Shown one piece after another: positions 52,953 to 64,000 of a DNA stretch of 64,000 nucleotides. Under the pieces are notes generated by a model that was not told the origin of the DNA, ran no database searches, and saw only the letters and a program-made list of their open reading frames with translations. Source of the stretch: Pelomyxa schiedti (taxonomy: Eukaryota > Protista > Evosea); the NCBI GenBank assembly GCA_020536535.1, contig JAHLWZ010000331.1, positions 854-64,853 of the forward strand. Reading direction: 5' to 3'. The position numbers were made by a program, and so were the translations under genes. How positions within the stretch are numbered: position 1 is the stretch's first letter; each line of letters begins with the position of its first letter.

Positions 52953-55900
52953 TCAATCATTGGCATCAAAGTAGTCCCACACTTTCAGAAGGGTGGCGAT
53001 TGCCGGCCTTGCTCTGGGGTTGGGTTCCAGGCACACCCTCACAATCTCATTTCCCAGTCGCCACAGCCGATTATGACGATTACTACCACCATCAGTTTTG
53101 GACGTTGGTACTGCAGGATGATGTAATAAGGGGAATGGAGTGATGAGACCCCTGAGGAGGTCCCGGCCAATCGCACTGGGGTACAAGTGGGGTTGGCGCT
53201 CGTTGTTGCTGCTGTTGTCATAGTCTGTGAACATGTACTTGCTGTTGGATGTGATGTGTGAGTATGGTTGCGTCAGTGGGTACAAGAGGGCACTTGTTAT
53301 CATTCCTTTATGTCAATCAGTTAGTCTTGGAAATGTACACCTTTGGTACATCCACTTACCAAAACTCCAGACATCAGCCTTGGGGTTAAATTTCAAGCCA
53401 GAAAGAACCTCTGGGGCACAGAATTTCAGTTCAGAATGACACTGTGACGTTTGCACTGTCCCCAGCATTCGGTAATAACCCCCAGAGAGGAAAGTCACTG
53501 GTACAAGAGGATCCTTGATCTGACTCATTTGAGATGAAGAGACGAGACAGAGTTTGAACAAAACCTGTGCCCAAGGCCCAGTCTGCGATTCATCCATTGA
53601 CAGCACAATGATACTATCTGTGGTTCACAGAGTAAAAATGCAATTGAAAAGGGGTGCAGCCACATACCATGAGAAATCTTTGCGTGCACATTTGGTGGCT
53701 TTGTACTCTTGTGAAACTGGTTTAATGCACAGGCCACATCCTTGAGCATCTTCAACCTGAGGCTGATTGGGAGAACCTGATCAAGGATTGATGTTGTCCC
53801 ATTCCCTTTTTCAATGAGCAAACTCAGCAGCTCACCCAAGTTGATGCCTTTTTTGATGTCGATGTTGTAACAACTCAGTGCACCCATAGAGGTTGATGGT
53901 GGTGTTTTTGTTTTCTTGTTGGATCCAGAGTGAGCCTGGAGCATCATCTCCTTGAGCAACGTAACCAGCTCGCTCAAACCCCTTCCTTCGTCCTCGTCCT
54001 GGTGAAGTGCCACAAGGTTTGGCGCCACTGCTGCCAGGTCAGATTTACCATTTCCGCTTCCACAGGTCAGCTGGCTCTCTCCATTTTTCACTGCTCTGAG
54101 GATGTCATCTTTGGTGAAATAGAACGGGCTGGGTCGCAGTGCCGATAGCTTTCCATTGTGGGCCCACTTTTCTGGTGAAGAATCACCAGCCAACAAGCAA
54201 TGGGGACAAGGGAACAGCTCAACAACGGGGAGTAGTGGTGTTTCACTTTCTTCAAACCTAGATGACGACGACGGATGGAGGTTATAAATTGTGTGCATCA
54301 GGGATCCCCATAAGCTCTGCTGTTGTGGTTGTGTCCAGTGTTCGTTGCATTCTGATCGTATGCAAATTGAAAGGGTGTCACCACTGAATGTAATGAGTAA
54401 TAACACTTGGCGGTCTGGCTGTGGTGTTCCTGGATGTGAGCAAGCATTGAATACCGCGAATGCATCGCCCCATAAAAACTTGGGAGACCATGGAAGATGC
54501 CTTGAGATTCCAGAAATTAGTTTGAAGAACAGATCCTGAGTAAAAGCTGGAAACTTGATTGATCTCCCATTCAGTTGTCTTGGGATAGGAAGGGAAGTTT
54601 CAGCCCTCAGGTCTTCCAGAGTACTGGAGGGGGCACCTTTGGCAACAATGGGGAGAAGTGAAAGGTGTTCCTTTATGGATGGATGAGAATACGATAGAAG
54701 GTTGTGAATGTCACCAAACTCCACCAAAATTGATTGCACTGCAGCTTCATTTGGGTGGGTTGGAACCCCAATCAACCCATCAAATGTATGCTGTTTGTGC
54801 CAAAACCTTCGGATTTCCTGAATGAGCTGAGCCAAAAAGGAACGAGGCTCCACAATGACCAAGGAAGAGAGACCAGTATCTGGTGCAGCACCAGGGTGTC
54901 CTTGTGACAAGAGCCAAAAAGGATACCTGAAGTGAATAATGGTCCCAATGTCAGCCAAGAACTCAGCACACTTCTCAATTTCCACCATTGTTGACACACC
55001 GTGCCTCTTTGCTGTCTCAACAAACTGTGTCCACGTCATTGAATTAGTTCTCACTTTGTCCCTGCTTTGGGTGATTTGCTTGTTCAGCATCATCCAACTT
55101 TCAGGGATTGACTGGGGAATTCCATCATCACATACCTGGTCTCGAATAGATTCAAGGAGTGCGGGTACAATGGGATAGGTTTCCATCATTCCTTGAGACT
55201 TATTATTGTAGTGCCAGCCATTTGCACTACCCATGTGCAGAAAGAAAGCAGTGATGTCCTCGAACACCAACAAGTTCCTCATGAGCTCAGATAACTTTGG
55301 ATTGTTTGGCTCAATTCCCTCCATGTGGGTTCCAACAGCAATGACTCCCCTCCTTGTCCTGGCACCCCTGCTCCTGGAAACTGAGATTTCATTCAACCAC
55401 CTTGTAACTGCCATGTGTGGTTCATTCATCATCAGTGCCTTGGATACATCAAAAACGACAATGAGCACAGACCTGCTGAGGAGGAACCATTGGTGGAATG
55501 GTGTCAGTGATTCCCCTCCTGTTCACATGTTAACAGATTTGTGAGCGTGATGTTTGAAGTGAATTTCTGGAAAAGTAAGTACTCACACACCGAGATCGCA
55601 GATGGTCCAACTGATTGTGTTTGTCCCTTTGAACCTCACATCCTGATGCATTGCAGCAATTCCTGTGTGAACATGCTTTGTGCTGGTAAGCTTTATCTTT
55701 CCCTCCATCATGCACTTCAACAGTGTTGTCTTCCCAACACATGTGTCTCCAACAATCACAAGTTTGTGTGTGTCTATCTTAACTCTGCCTCTCTTTTCCT
55801 GTCCAATGCTCCTGTGGTCACCATCACCAAATCTCACATTGGGCCTTTCAGCCAACCATTTCGGAATCACTGGAATGTTGTTACTGGAGAGGTCCAGCGT

Positions 55901-57052
55901 CCTGCATGTCAATGTCCTCAATGATTCAGGAACAGAGTCCAATCTCAAGTCTGACAGGTTGATGTTCTCAGAGTCAGTGAGAGTCCGAGCAAGGCACACA
56001 ACACCAACAGCAGTGTGGTTCTTTGCTAACAACCAAGTCCTGAGTGCCATTGACACTGTGAAGAATGGAAACTGTAAACAGTGATCATGCACAAGTTGCA
56101 TGACCATGTGGGCTGTTGTGAGATCAGCACATGAGATGTTGAGGATGGTGGGGATGTTTGGCAATGGAACCATTTGAGATTCAGATGGTAAGTCTGTGAA
56201 GCGAGGGGAACCGAGATTATCTTGGTGGAATGGGGGTACATCATGTGAGGAATCTGATATGAGTGATAGCAGGGTGTCCAAAGTTCCTGGTTTCGGAGTC
56301 CACTTCAGCATTTTGTAAGCACAAAACTGGTGTCAGTGTGAGTGGTGTTAAGGTTAACCGTGAGACACACAGAAAAAGCCATGTGAATGGAGAACAATCT
56401 GTAACTCACTGCATTCTGCTTTGGAACATGGTCATTTGGTTCACTGCAGTCAACAAGGTACAGATTTGCACTATGTGGCAAAACAGCGCCGCCGTTTCTG
56501 TCAGCCATGTCCAGGAATCGTTTAAGTACAAAAGATATTGCTGTGCAGAAACTCCTGAACTCAAAAGAATACAGAACGAGCAACACTCTTTCAGCAGGTT
56601 TCCTGTAAACGAGCAACGACAATTACAAAATCGAGAATGACAACAAGAACGGCAACAAAACATACATACACAGTGTAAAACTTTCGGGCATCATCTTTGA
56701 GCCTTTCGTTGTCGTCACAGCGGCGGAACGTATAGCGCATTTCGTGCTCTTCGCCTTTGGTTGTCGTTGGTGTTTGTTGTTTTAAAACCAACTTGTTACA
56801 CATGTGGATGGTGCTTTTGTCGAAAAAGGAGGCGGTGCCGTTGTTGTGTGTGTCGTCGCTGTCGCTGACGGTGGGGGTGGTGGCCGGTCGGGCCACTGTG
56901 ATTAATAATAATCCGAGGGTGTCTGTTGCGACCCGCACAGGTCCCAAGGTCGCAAGGGACTCGAACAGGGAGTCCACGCACGCCGGGGGACCAACAACGA
57001 AGCAGTGCAGGGAGCGCATTTTAAGTCTGTGTTGTCCTTTTTGTTTTTTCAT
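52953..57052 (-). CDS. ROCO protein: degenerate N-terminal GTPase-like domain, LRR, Roc, COR, pseudokinase
   Basis: LRR (INLSDLRLDSVPESL, LDLSSNNIPVIP); Roc KLVIVGDTCVGKTTLL..ICDLG|G..FHQWFL; COR IPESWMML..CAEFLADIGTIIHF; kinase C-lobe APEVL..KADVWSFG..CLEPNPRARP. Confidence 0.88.
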
Positions 57053-57468
57053 CAAAGTTACCTACCACGAAATTAGCTTCTCTTAAAATTATCATGATAA
57101 TTTCATCTTTGGAAGTCTGTTTTTTTTGGTGTGGAAGAGTGTGTTATTCAGTAGAATACACAAGCAAACTCTCTGCGAGCACGAGCACGAACACCGAGAC
57201 TGAGAGATCTGCTGACTCAGCACTCGGACATCTTAGGAAATCAAGTTCGCGGAAATCTACCACCAACCGGGAAACAACCGTCAAGAAGAAGAAGCCCCGC
57301 AAGTGCGGCGCCGTGGGGTACGTACCGAACCCCTTCTCCACAAACTTCGACGGAGCCCGCATCCGGCACTGTCACGTCTACTACAACCACCGATAGTACA
57401 AGCACACGACCCCAACAAATAGCGTCGCTGCCGCAACGCCCAAGACTGGCAACTTGGTGTGTGACCAG

Positions 57469-58827
57469 ATGTTTGGGAGAGTGGACACAACCATGTCCGC
57501 GCTTCAAGATGTACTGTCCAAGACGGCCGCCCTGCTGCAGCAACAGAGGGAGGAGCTGGAGAGGGACAAGGCCAATTACGAAGTGTGTAGAAAAATAAAC
57601 TAAATTAAATTAAACTAGAATATGTTAAGTTTGTTTCGTTTTTCGAATTTCCCTTGCCAGGGTCGTCTAAGTGTTTTTTTGTCCTTCTTAAATCATTTGT
57701 TTGGTTGACATTTGGGCCTCAGGAAATGAAAAACAAGATTGCCACAGTGCACTTTCCGTCTACAATCAAACTGGATGTTGGAGGGTATGCAACATAGGCA
57801 ATGTCTAAAAATGTATATAAAAACGGCTTTGTTTCTCACATTATTTACAGTAAAGTTTTCAAAACAAGTCAAAGCACACTAACAAAGGAGCCGAGTATGC
57901 TGGCAACAATGTTCTCTGGGAGCGGTGTTCCTGTTCAAAAGGATGAAGATGGTGCTTATTTCATTGACAGGAGCGGCGCTCATTTGTACTTTCTCCAACT
58001 CAGTTCCGGCTTGTGTAACTAATATTTCTCTTTGTCATTGCTACTTCATTGAACTTGCAAACCAGTGATACAATTCTGAACTACTTGAGAACTGGATGTT
58101 TATTCGTCCGTCTGATCCTGCTGCGGTTGAGGAGCTCAAGATGGAAGTGGACTTCTATGGGGTCTGTGGCTTTGTGAATCATTCCCAGCTGACAAAAACA
58201 AACAGGTTCAATCTCTCATGCATATTCTCACACAGAAGGTGTTCACGTGGTCATCCCCATCAGATAAAGATGGCCTGTTTTACTGGATTGGTTCATCCCA
58301 CGGAAAAACAAACTATCTTGACCCTATAAAAAGAGATACTGTATGTGTTAACGAGTTTAAGACCTCAACTTATTGACAATACCCACAAGATAATCCTTGA
58401 AACTACATTTGGTTCTGCATCAGGCCTTGTTGCACACCCAGAATACGGAAACCACAACAGTCAATGTGGGGATGCCCGAAACAAACACTTCACCATCAAG
58501 TTCACCAACAAGAAGTGGCTGTTTTGCCCAAACTACTGCACTCTTTCCTGGACCGGCCAGTGTCAGGTTCCATCCAACTGGGCATTGTCAGGATCCCACA
58601 ACGGAACCACCTGGGTGACTCTATCACAACACACCGATGACAACAGCTTGTCAAACGACCAGCGTGCCTCGTGGCCAATATCTACAACTCAGCTGTTCAA
58701 CCAATTCAGGGTGACTTGCACAGGGAAATCCACTGGCCAAGCCCAAGAAATGCAGATGTACTACCCCAACAGTAACTGTTTCCATGTGACTGGCTTGGAA
58801 CTGTATGGAACCCTGGATACAAGGTGA
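57469..58827 (+). CDS. KCTD-type BTB/POZ protein with C-terminal F5/8-type (HECTD1/BTBD9-like) beta-sandwich
   Basis: IKLDVGG|KVFKTSQSTL..SMLATMFSG..DEDGAYFIDRSG..ILNYLRTG..VDFYG; NWALSGSHNGTTWVTLSQHTDDNSL..FNQFRV..GLELYG. Confidence 0.88.
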
Positions 58828-59072
58828 TTGTTTTGACGAACATGAATACAGACCGGAACACCATTATTTTCATTTAAATGAAAAGAACAAAGAAGAAGCC
58901 ACACTACCAGTGAGGCCACTCAACAATGGCAATGGAAGCATCCAGAAGAAAAGAACGCTTCAGTAGGCTGTGGGTTGTACCAGTTCATCAAAAATGTTTT
59001 CGCCTGAATTCCGGGGAAATTCTTAAGTAAGAGTCTCCAACAAAAGTACCATCTATCGCTCTCTCGAGAGAC

Positions 59073-59611
59073 ATGTCGACCAACACCACCACCCACCAAC
59101 AACAACTCACCATCGACGACGCATCTCTGGCATGTTTCGGGGCCACCGGGAGCCTCCCGCCATCGGTTGCCTACGACTCCCACGACCAGTGGCCGATGAT
59201 CTACGCCCGGCGCGCGCACATCACCTCGGTGTTCGGGGACACCGGCGGCGAGAGGTGGAGGCTCCTGCCAAACTGCTGCAACGCCTGCAGGTTCGCGCAG
59301 CTCGAGGCCTACGCGACGCTGCCACAGGACGTCGTCACGAGTGTGCTGTACGGCAAGTACGCCGAGCCGTACACCAGCAATTGGGGCAGGCCGCCCGCGG
59401 CGGCGGGCGCCGTGGAATTGGGGGACGAGGAGGAGTTTTTGAAGCAGATTGGCGTGGCTTTGCCCGAAGGGGATCGGTCGCCACTTAATGTTCGTTTGTT
59501 TCGTTTGTTTCGTTTGTTTCGTTTGTTTCGTTTGTTTTCCACTGTGATATTGATTGGAAATGTATTGTACTACTTTTGTTGTGAGTGGTGATTTAGTGTT
59601 GTTATTTTTGG
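59073..59611 (+). CDS. hypothetical protein, 5' part cut by gap
   Basis: ATG-initiated GC-rich open frame MSTNTTTH..WPMIYARRAHITSVFGD..CCNACRF; no family recognised. Confidence 0.55.
59493..59537. repeat. 9-bp tandem repeat (CGTTTGTTT)5, probably intronic
   Basis: Units counted directly. Confidence 0.9.
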
Positions 59612-59711
59612 NNNNNNNNNNNNNNNNNNNNNNNNNNNNNNNNNNNNNNNNNNNNNNNNNNNNNNNNNNNNNNNNNNNNNNNNNNNNNNNNNNNNNNNNN
59701 NNNNNNNNNNN
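59612..59711. other. assembly gap (100 N)
   Basis: Run of exactly 100 N. Confidence 1.
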
Positions 59712-62700
59712 TCCTGAAAAGCAGGACATCTTTTCATTTGAACTCTATAATCGTACGTGTTGTGTTCCTTAAGCCTGCGTTAATTACACACCAAGATTAC
59801 GGCTGGCCACCTGGAAGAACTGTCACTGATTCAGTGGGTAACGATCTTACTTTGTCCGAGACTACAAAGGAGAGCCTCCATAAGCGAAGGCTTACCGCCT
59901 CCACCGTTACTTGGGACCCAGTAGCTTTCTCACACTGGACCTATAACACAGTCAATTCCTATAAAACTCTCAACATTCTGGCACCGATGGGTTTGTAGAG
60001 TCATCCTGTACTATCTTCTTCTCACTCCCCTTTTTGTTTTTTTTTTTTTTCTGAAGGAAACGATTTTGAGTGGCAGGTATGTTACATTTTCACTCAGCTA
60101 TTGTCCTCACATCCTTAAGAACGCAGAACCTGACTTCGTTGGGCTTGATGAACTTATTTCTTTCTTTGAAGATCACTCTGAGTATGGCATCAATCTTTTC
60201 TACAGGTATTGAAACCAACACTCAATAAAGACTAAAAATACTCTGCCAGTACTCCTGCGACTGTTGGAAACACATTATTGAGTGCGAGCGAATCTCTGTC
60301 TCTCAAAACAGATGACTTCTTCCCTTACTCGGGTATGAAAGAGCCACGGGTGACCAGATTTACTAACACTTCGCAGACACTTTCAATGACTACTGGACTG
60401 GTTTCTCTATTTCGCTTATATCTAATAATGAACCATTCTGCAGGCTACTTCACCAGTCACCCGGCATTCAAAAGATATGTCCGAACCTCATCAGCTTTAT
60501 TTCACAGTGCACGGCAAATCCATACTCTAGCCTCGAGTGATGTCAAACTTCTCGATAGTCTTGATGCCCCATGGCATGCGATTTCTGTTACGCAGGTACC
60601 TAGTATTGCAGAAGATAGATAGACATTTACTCTCTTTTTTCAGCATCATGACGCAATTACTGGAACCTCGAAGTCATTTGTCTATGACGACTATCTTTCA
60701 GTGTGTACCTCATCAATTACTTCTTGTTATTCACACGAAAAGCAACTGGACGACGGAAACAATGCCTCCGCGGCAGTCATCCTATCATCGTTGAGTGCTC
60801 TCGATAGCTCGATTCCATCTTCTTGGGAGCTCTGTCCTCCAATTAAGGAAGATCCATCTTATTGTTCTGAACTGGGTGCCGGCCGCATGGTTCGAACAAT
60901 CTTTATTACCATTAGATTCTCACCTCACAACAGGTTATGGTTCTTAACTCAATTGGTAGCAGTCAGGATATACCAATCAACTTACAAGTTTCTTCTGACG
61001 CACTCTGTGTATTTGATTCTGATGGTACTGAGACAACTTCTCAAATCAGGTTCTATTTTTTTTCTTTTCTATTCTTTTTTTTTTTTTTTTTTTTGTTAAT
61101 AACTATACCAAGAGAGGCACCGTGGGTAAGCGGCCTGAATTTATTTGAGCTTTCCTTTATGGCAGAGGACATGCCGTCACTTGGGGCTCGCACTTACTCA
61201 CTTGAATCTTGTAGTAAGGCTGAGAAGATCACAAATAAAGTGTCCAGTCCACAAGCAACTGTCTCCATCGAAAATAACTTCTACAAACTATCATTTGACA
61301 CGGCCACCAATACTCTGTCATCTATTCTTGAAAAGACAAATGGAAACACAGTTTCAATCAAGTTCTATTCCCCATATCTCCATGGCGTACAACTAATACC
61401 TTGCAAGTATTGATGTATTGTATTACGTTCCTGAAGGTTCACCTCTTATACCACGAGATGGTGCCTATGTCTTCAACACCAGGAAATCTCCGCTATCATT
61501 CCCCGGACCAAGGTATAAACTGAGCGCCAGAAGGAGAAATATAACCAACCTATAGAGGCGCCTTGACTACCTTTTATGGAGATGTTTATCAGGAGGTTGA
61601 GATAATTGTAGACCAAGCTAGTAACGTTATCCAAAGGTTGTGCTTTCTTTTTACTCTTTACCAACTCATTACCTCAGGTTCCGTTTGAACAAGAACGATC
61701 CTTTCATTGAAATGTACACAACAGTTGGGCCAATCAGTACTACAGATAAAAATGGAAAGGTGCCTTCTCAGTTTCTAGCAACAAGTTTTATTAACACTTG
61801 TTTCAGGAAGTGATTGTCAAAATCCAGAGTCCTATATCATCTGCAGGCTTCCTCTACACCGACACACACAACCTTGAATTCCAGAAGCGAGAGTAAATTC
61901 CAATTTATTCTTCTCGAAACTAACCCAAAAAAGGTACAATGTCCTCTATGGCAAGTATATAATGGACAACGATATAAGGTGATTTATGCAACCCCAAACA
62001 TATCTAATTCTGAACAGCGGGAATTACTACCCAATATCATCAGCAGCCTATATCCAGTGAGTCACTGCTCCCACATTCTAACCCATTCAACCTTCTCAAA
62101 GGGATGACAACCTGATGCTGGCAATTCTTCCGGACCGGGCACAAGGAGCCGCAAGCCTTACAAATGGATCCCTGGAAGTGATGATCCACAGAAGGCTTCT
62201 TGAAGACGGGGACCACAAAGGAGTCGGAGAACCTCTTGATGATTCCACAGCAATATGCACTAAACAACTCCTCATTCTATCCTCCACTGACTCCGGAATT
62301 TCTACCCTCCGCTCCGCCGCTCTGCGCCACGAGCACAGCCCAGCGGTTCTATCAAGTATTTCCGGCACAACTCCGGCACCGTTCTCCTGGTCTCCAATGA
62401 GCGTTTCCCTTCCCGCAAATGTTCATTTGACCACCCTTCAGGTTGCGAATATCTCCACACTCCCCAAATCCCACACAAATAGTTATATCTTGCACTTTCA
62501 CATCATACCTCCAAATGCCCTGATTTCTCACACCACCCATTCATACAGGTGACCCGGTATGATATCTTTGGAGCCTCGACACTGGTGAGGCTGCACCACA
62601 ACTTTGCGGTGGATGAGGACCCTGTTCTGTCACAGCCAGCCACAGTCGACCTCTCTTCGCTGTTCGCTGATTGGACAGTAACATCGGCAGTGGAGGTGTC

Positions 62701-62803
62701 ACTGTCAGCAGCACACAAGGTCCAATCACTGTCCTCAATGACCATCACCCTCAACCCAATGGAGTTCAAGACTTTTGCGGTCTCCCTCACAAAGAAACAA
62801 TAA
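59712..62803 (+). CDS. GH38 alpha-mannosidase paralog, 3' part
   Basis: Colinear with 49737-52801, same introns; HHDAITGT, DRAQG, LNPMEFKTFAVSLTKKQ*. Confidence 0.93.
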
Positions 62804-63762
62804 GATGGAACTCCTATGTTTGTGGCCAGGTCTTTTTTTAAAGTGTACCAACTTGGCCCTCAAGTCACCCGGACCCATCACTCTTCACAGTAGCAAGTTC
62901 TTCATTCGCATGTTACTACTGAGACACCAAGGACTGGAAAGAACTGCAATCCACACCAACGGCGGAGAGGAGATTGGCCTTCAATCAAAACTGTTTTAAA
63001 TTTGTAAACAATAGTGTAAATGGTTGTTTCAGCAGGTGCAACAGTAGGGACGCCGTAATTCCTGAGACGAGTGCGGGGGAAAATTTTCCAAACATCGGCT
63101 TTTGCGCCGAATGTGAAGCCGGCAAGAACTTACGGGGCATAAGTGAAAATCCACCGGCGAAATCGGAGATGAAGCCAGCATGTGGAAACGTTCATCAGAA
63201 ATAATAGACTGACCGGTGTGTGATGAGCCTTGATCTGAATTCCCTTTTAAGAGACAGAAAAGAATCCGGCAGAAGGCGGTAAAGATCATTTGCGGAAATA
63301 GATTGAACCAGGTGGCAAAGCAGCTGGCTTTCCATTGTGGATCCCCTTCCCCGGTGAAGGAACACTTTTTTTTCCCCTTCTGAATTAATATTAAGTTAAC
63401 GGTTTGGTGATATTTGTTTGGTTAGGTGGGGAAAGAGCATCTGACTGTATGATGTGAAGACAGGGAGCCACGCTTGTGAAAACTTCATTCCTGTTGCATT
63501 GTAGAATGTATACCTCAGTTTTGGAGGTCTTTTCTCGGTCTACGGTGACCCCTCCTCAGCAGGGATTGTGGTGTTAGTTGTGTCCCAAGGAGTAAAAAGC
63601 GGCTTTTGGTACCTCAAAATCATCCTCCGACACCCGACCAACGGTGTGGGTCGCCTTCATCTTTCCATTCAAACGATCTTGTTGATTTTTGAAGAAAAAG
63701 CTTCTTACTTCAAGAGGGGGTAAACCCGTTCTTTTTTTTATTGTTGTGGAAAACCCTGAAAC

Positions 63763-64000
63763 TCAATCTTTGGCATCAAAGTAGTCCCACACTGTCAGAA
63801 GGGTGGCGATTGCCGGCCTTGCTCTGGGGTTGGGTTCCAGGCACACCCTCACAATCTCATTTCCCAGTCGCCACAGCCTATTATGACGATTACTACCACC
63901 ATCAGTTTTGGACGTTGGTACTGCAGGATGATGTAATAAGGGGAATGGAGTGATGAGACCCCTGAGGAGGTCCCGGCCAATCGCACTGGGGTACAAGTGG
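63763..64000 (-). CDS. 3' end of a second ROCO pseudokinase copy (runs off window)
   Basis: LYPSAIGRDLLRG..CLEPNPRARPAIATLLTVWDYFDAKD*, nearly identical to 52953-53190. Confidence 0.88.
   Translation of the reverse strand, partial: HLYPSAIGRDLLRGLITPFPLLHHPAVPTSKTDGGSNRHNRLWRLGNEIVRVCLEPNPRARPAIATLLTVWDYFDAKD

Noticed and set aside
57094-57468. ORF in frame with the KCTD gene, separated by a single TAG (possible readthrough)
   Set aside because: It has no clear ATG context or recognisable domain, and it overlaps the divergent promoter with ROCO; likely coincidental.

Overview
Gene-dense, intron-rich eukaryotic (protist) DNA with short GT-AG introns, short intergenic spacers and GC-rich first exons. 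The expanded ROCO, ankyrin-like and orphan families suggest an amoebozoan of the Pelomyxa/Archamoebae type, but that is inference. There are about 27 coding loci. Housekeeping genes include TRM13, delta-COP, TRAPPC10, NSF, a Nab2/ZC3H14-like gene, a CXIP4-like gene and an ICE2/NARG2-like gene. There are three identical tRNA-Arg(CCG) genes and two 100-N gaps. Highlights: (1) a GH38 alpha-mannosidase with an N-terminal three-repeat Cys-rich module resembling the MPEG1/perforin-2 P2 (MABP beta-prism) domain; (2) a co-oriented block of three intron-containing, bacterial-type genes (dCache-HAMP adenylate cyclase, LsrG-like AI-2 isomerase, Asp-box sialidase-like propeller) with a tRNA inside it; (3) tRNA copies sharing a 40-bp colinear 5' flank and bracketing frameshifted orphan-family genes; (4) a perfect 36-bp palindrome overlapping an 85-bp MITE-like element upstream of NSF; (5) a ROCO protein with a degenerate kinase; (6) a mannosidase paralog split across the two gaps, a probable scaffolding artefact. 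Exon structures were spliced by eye and no database searches were run.
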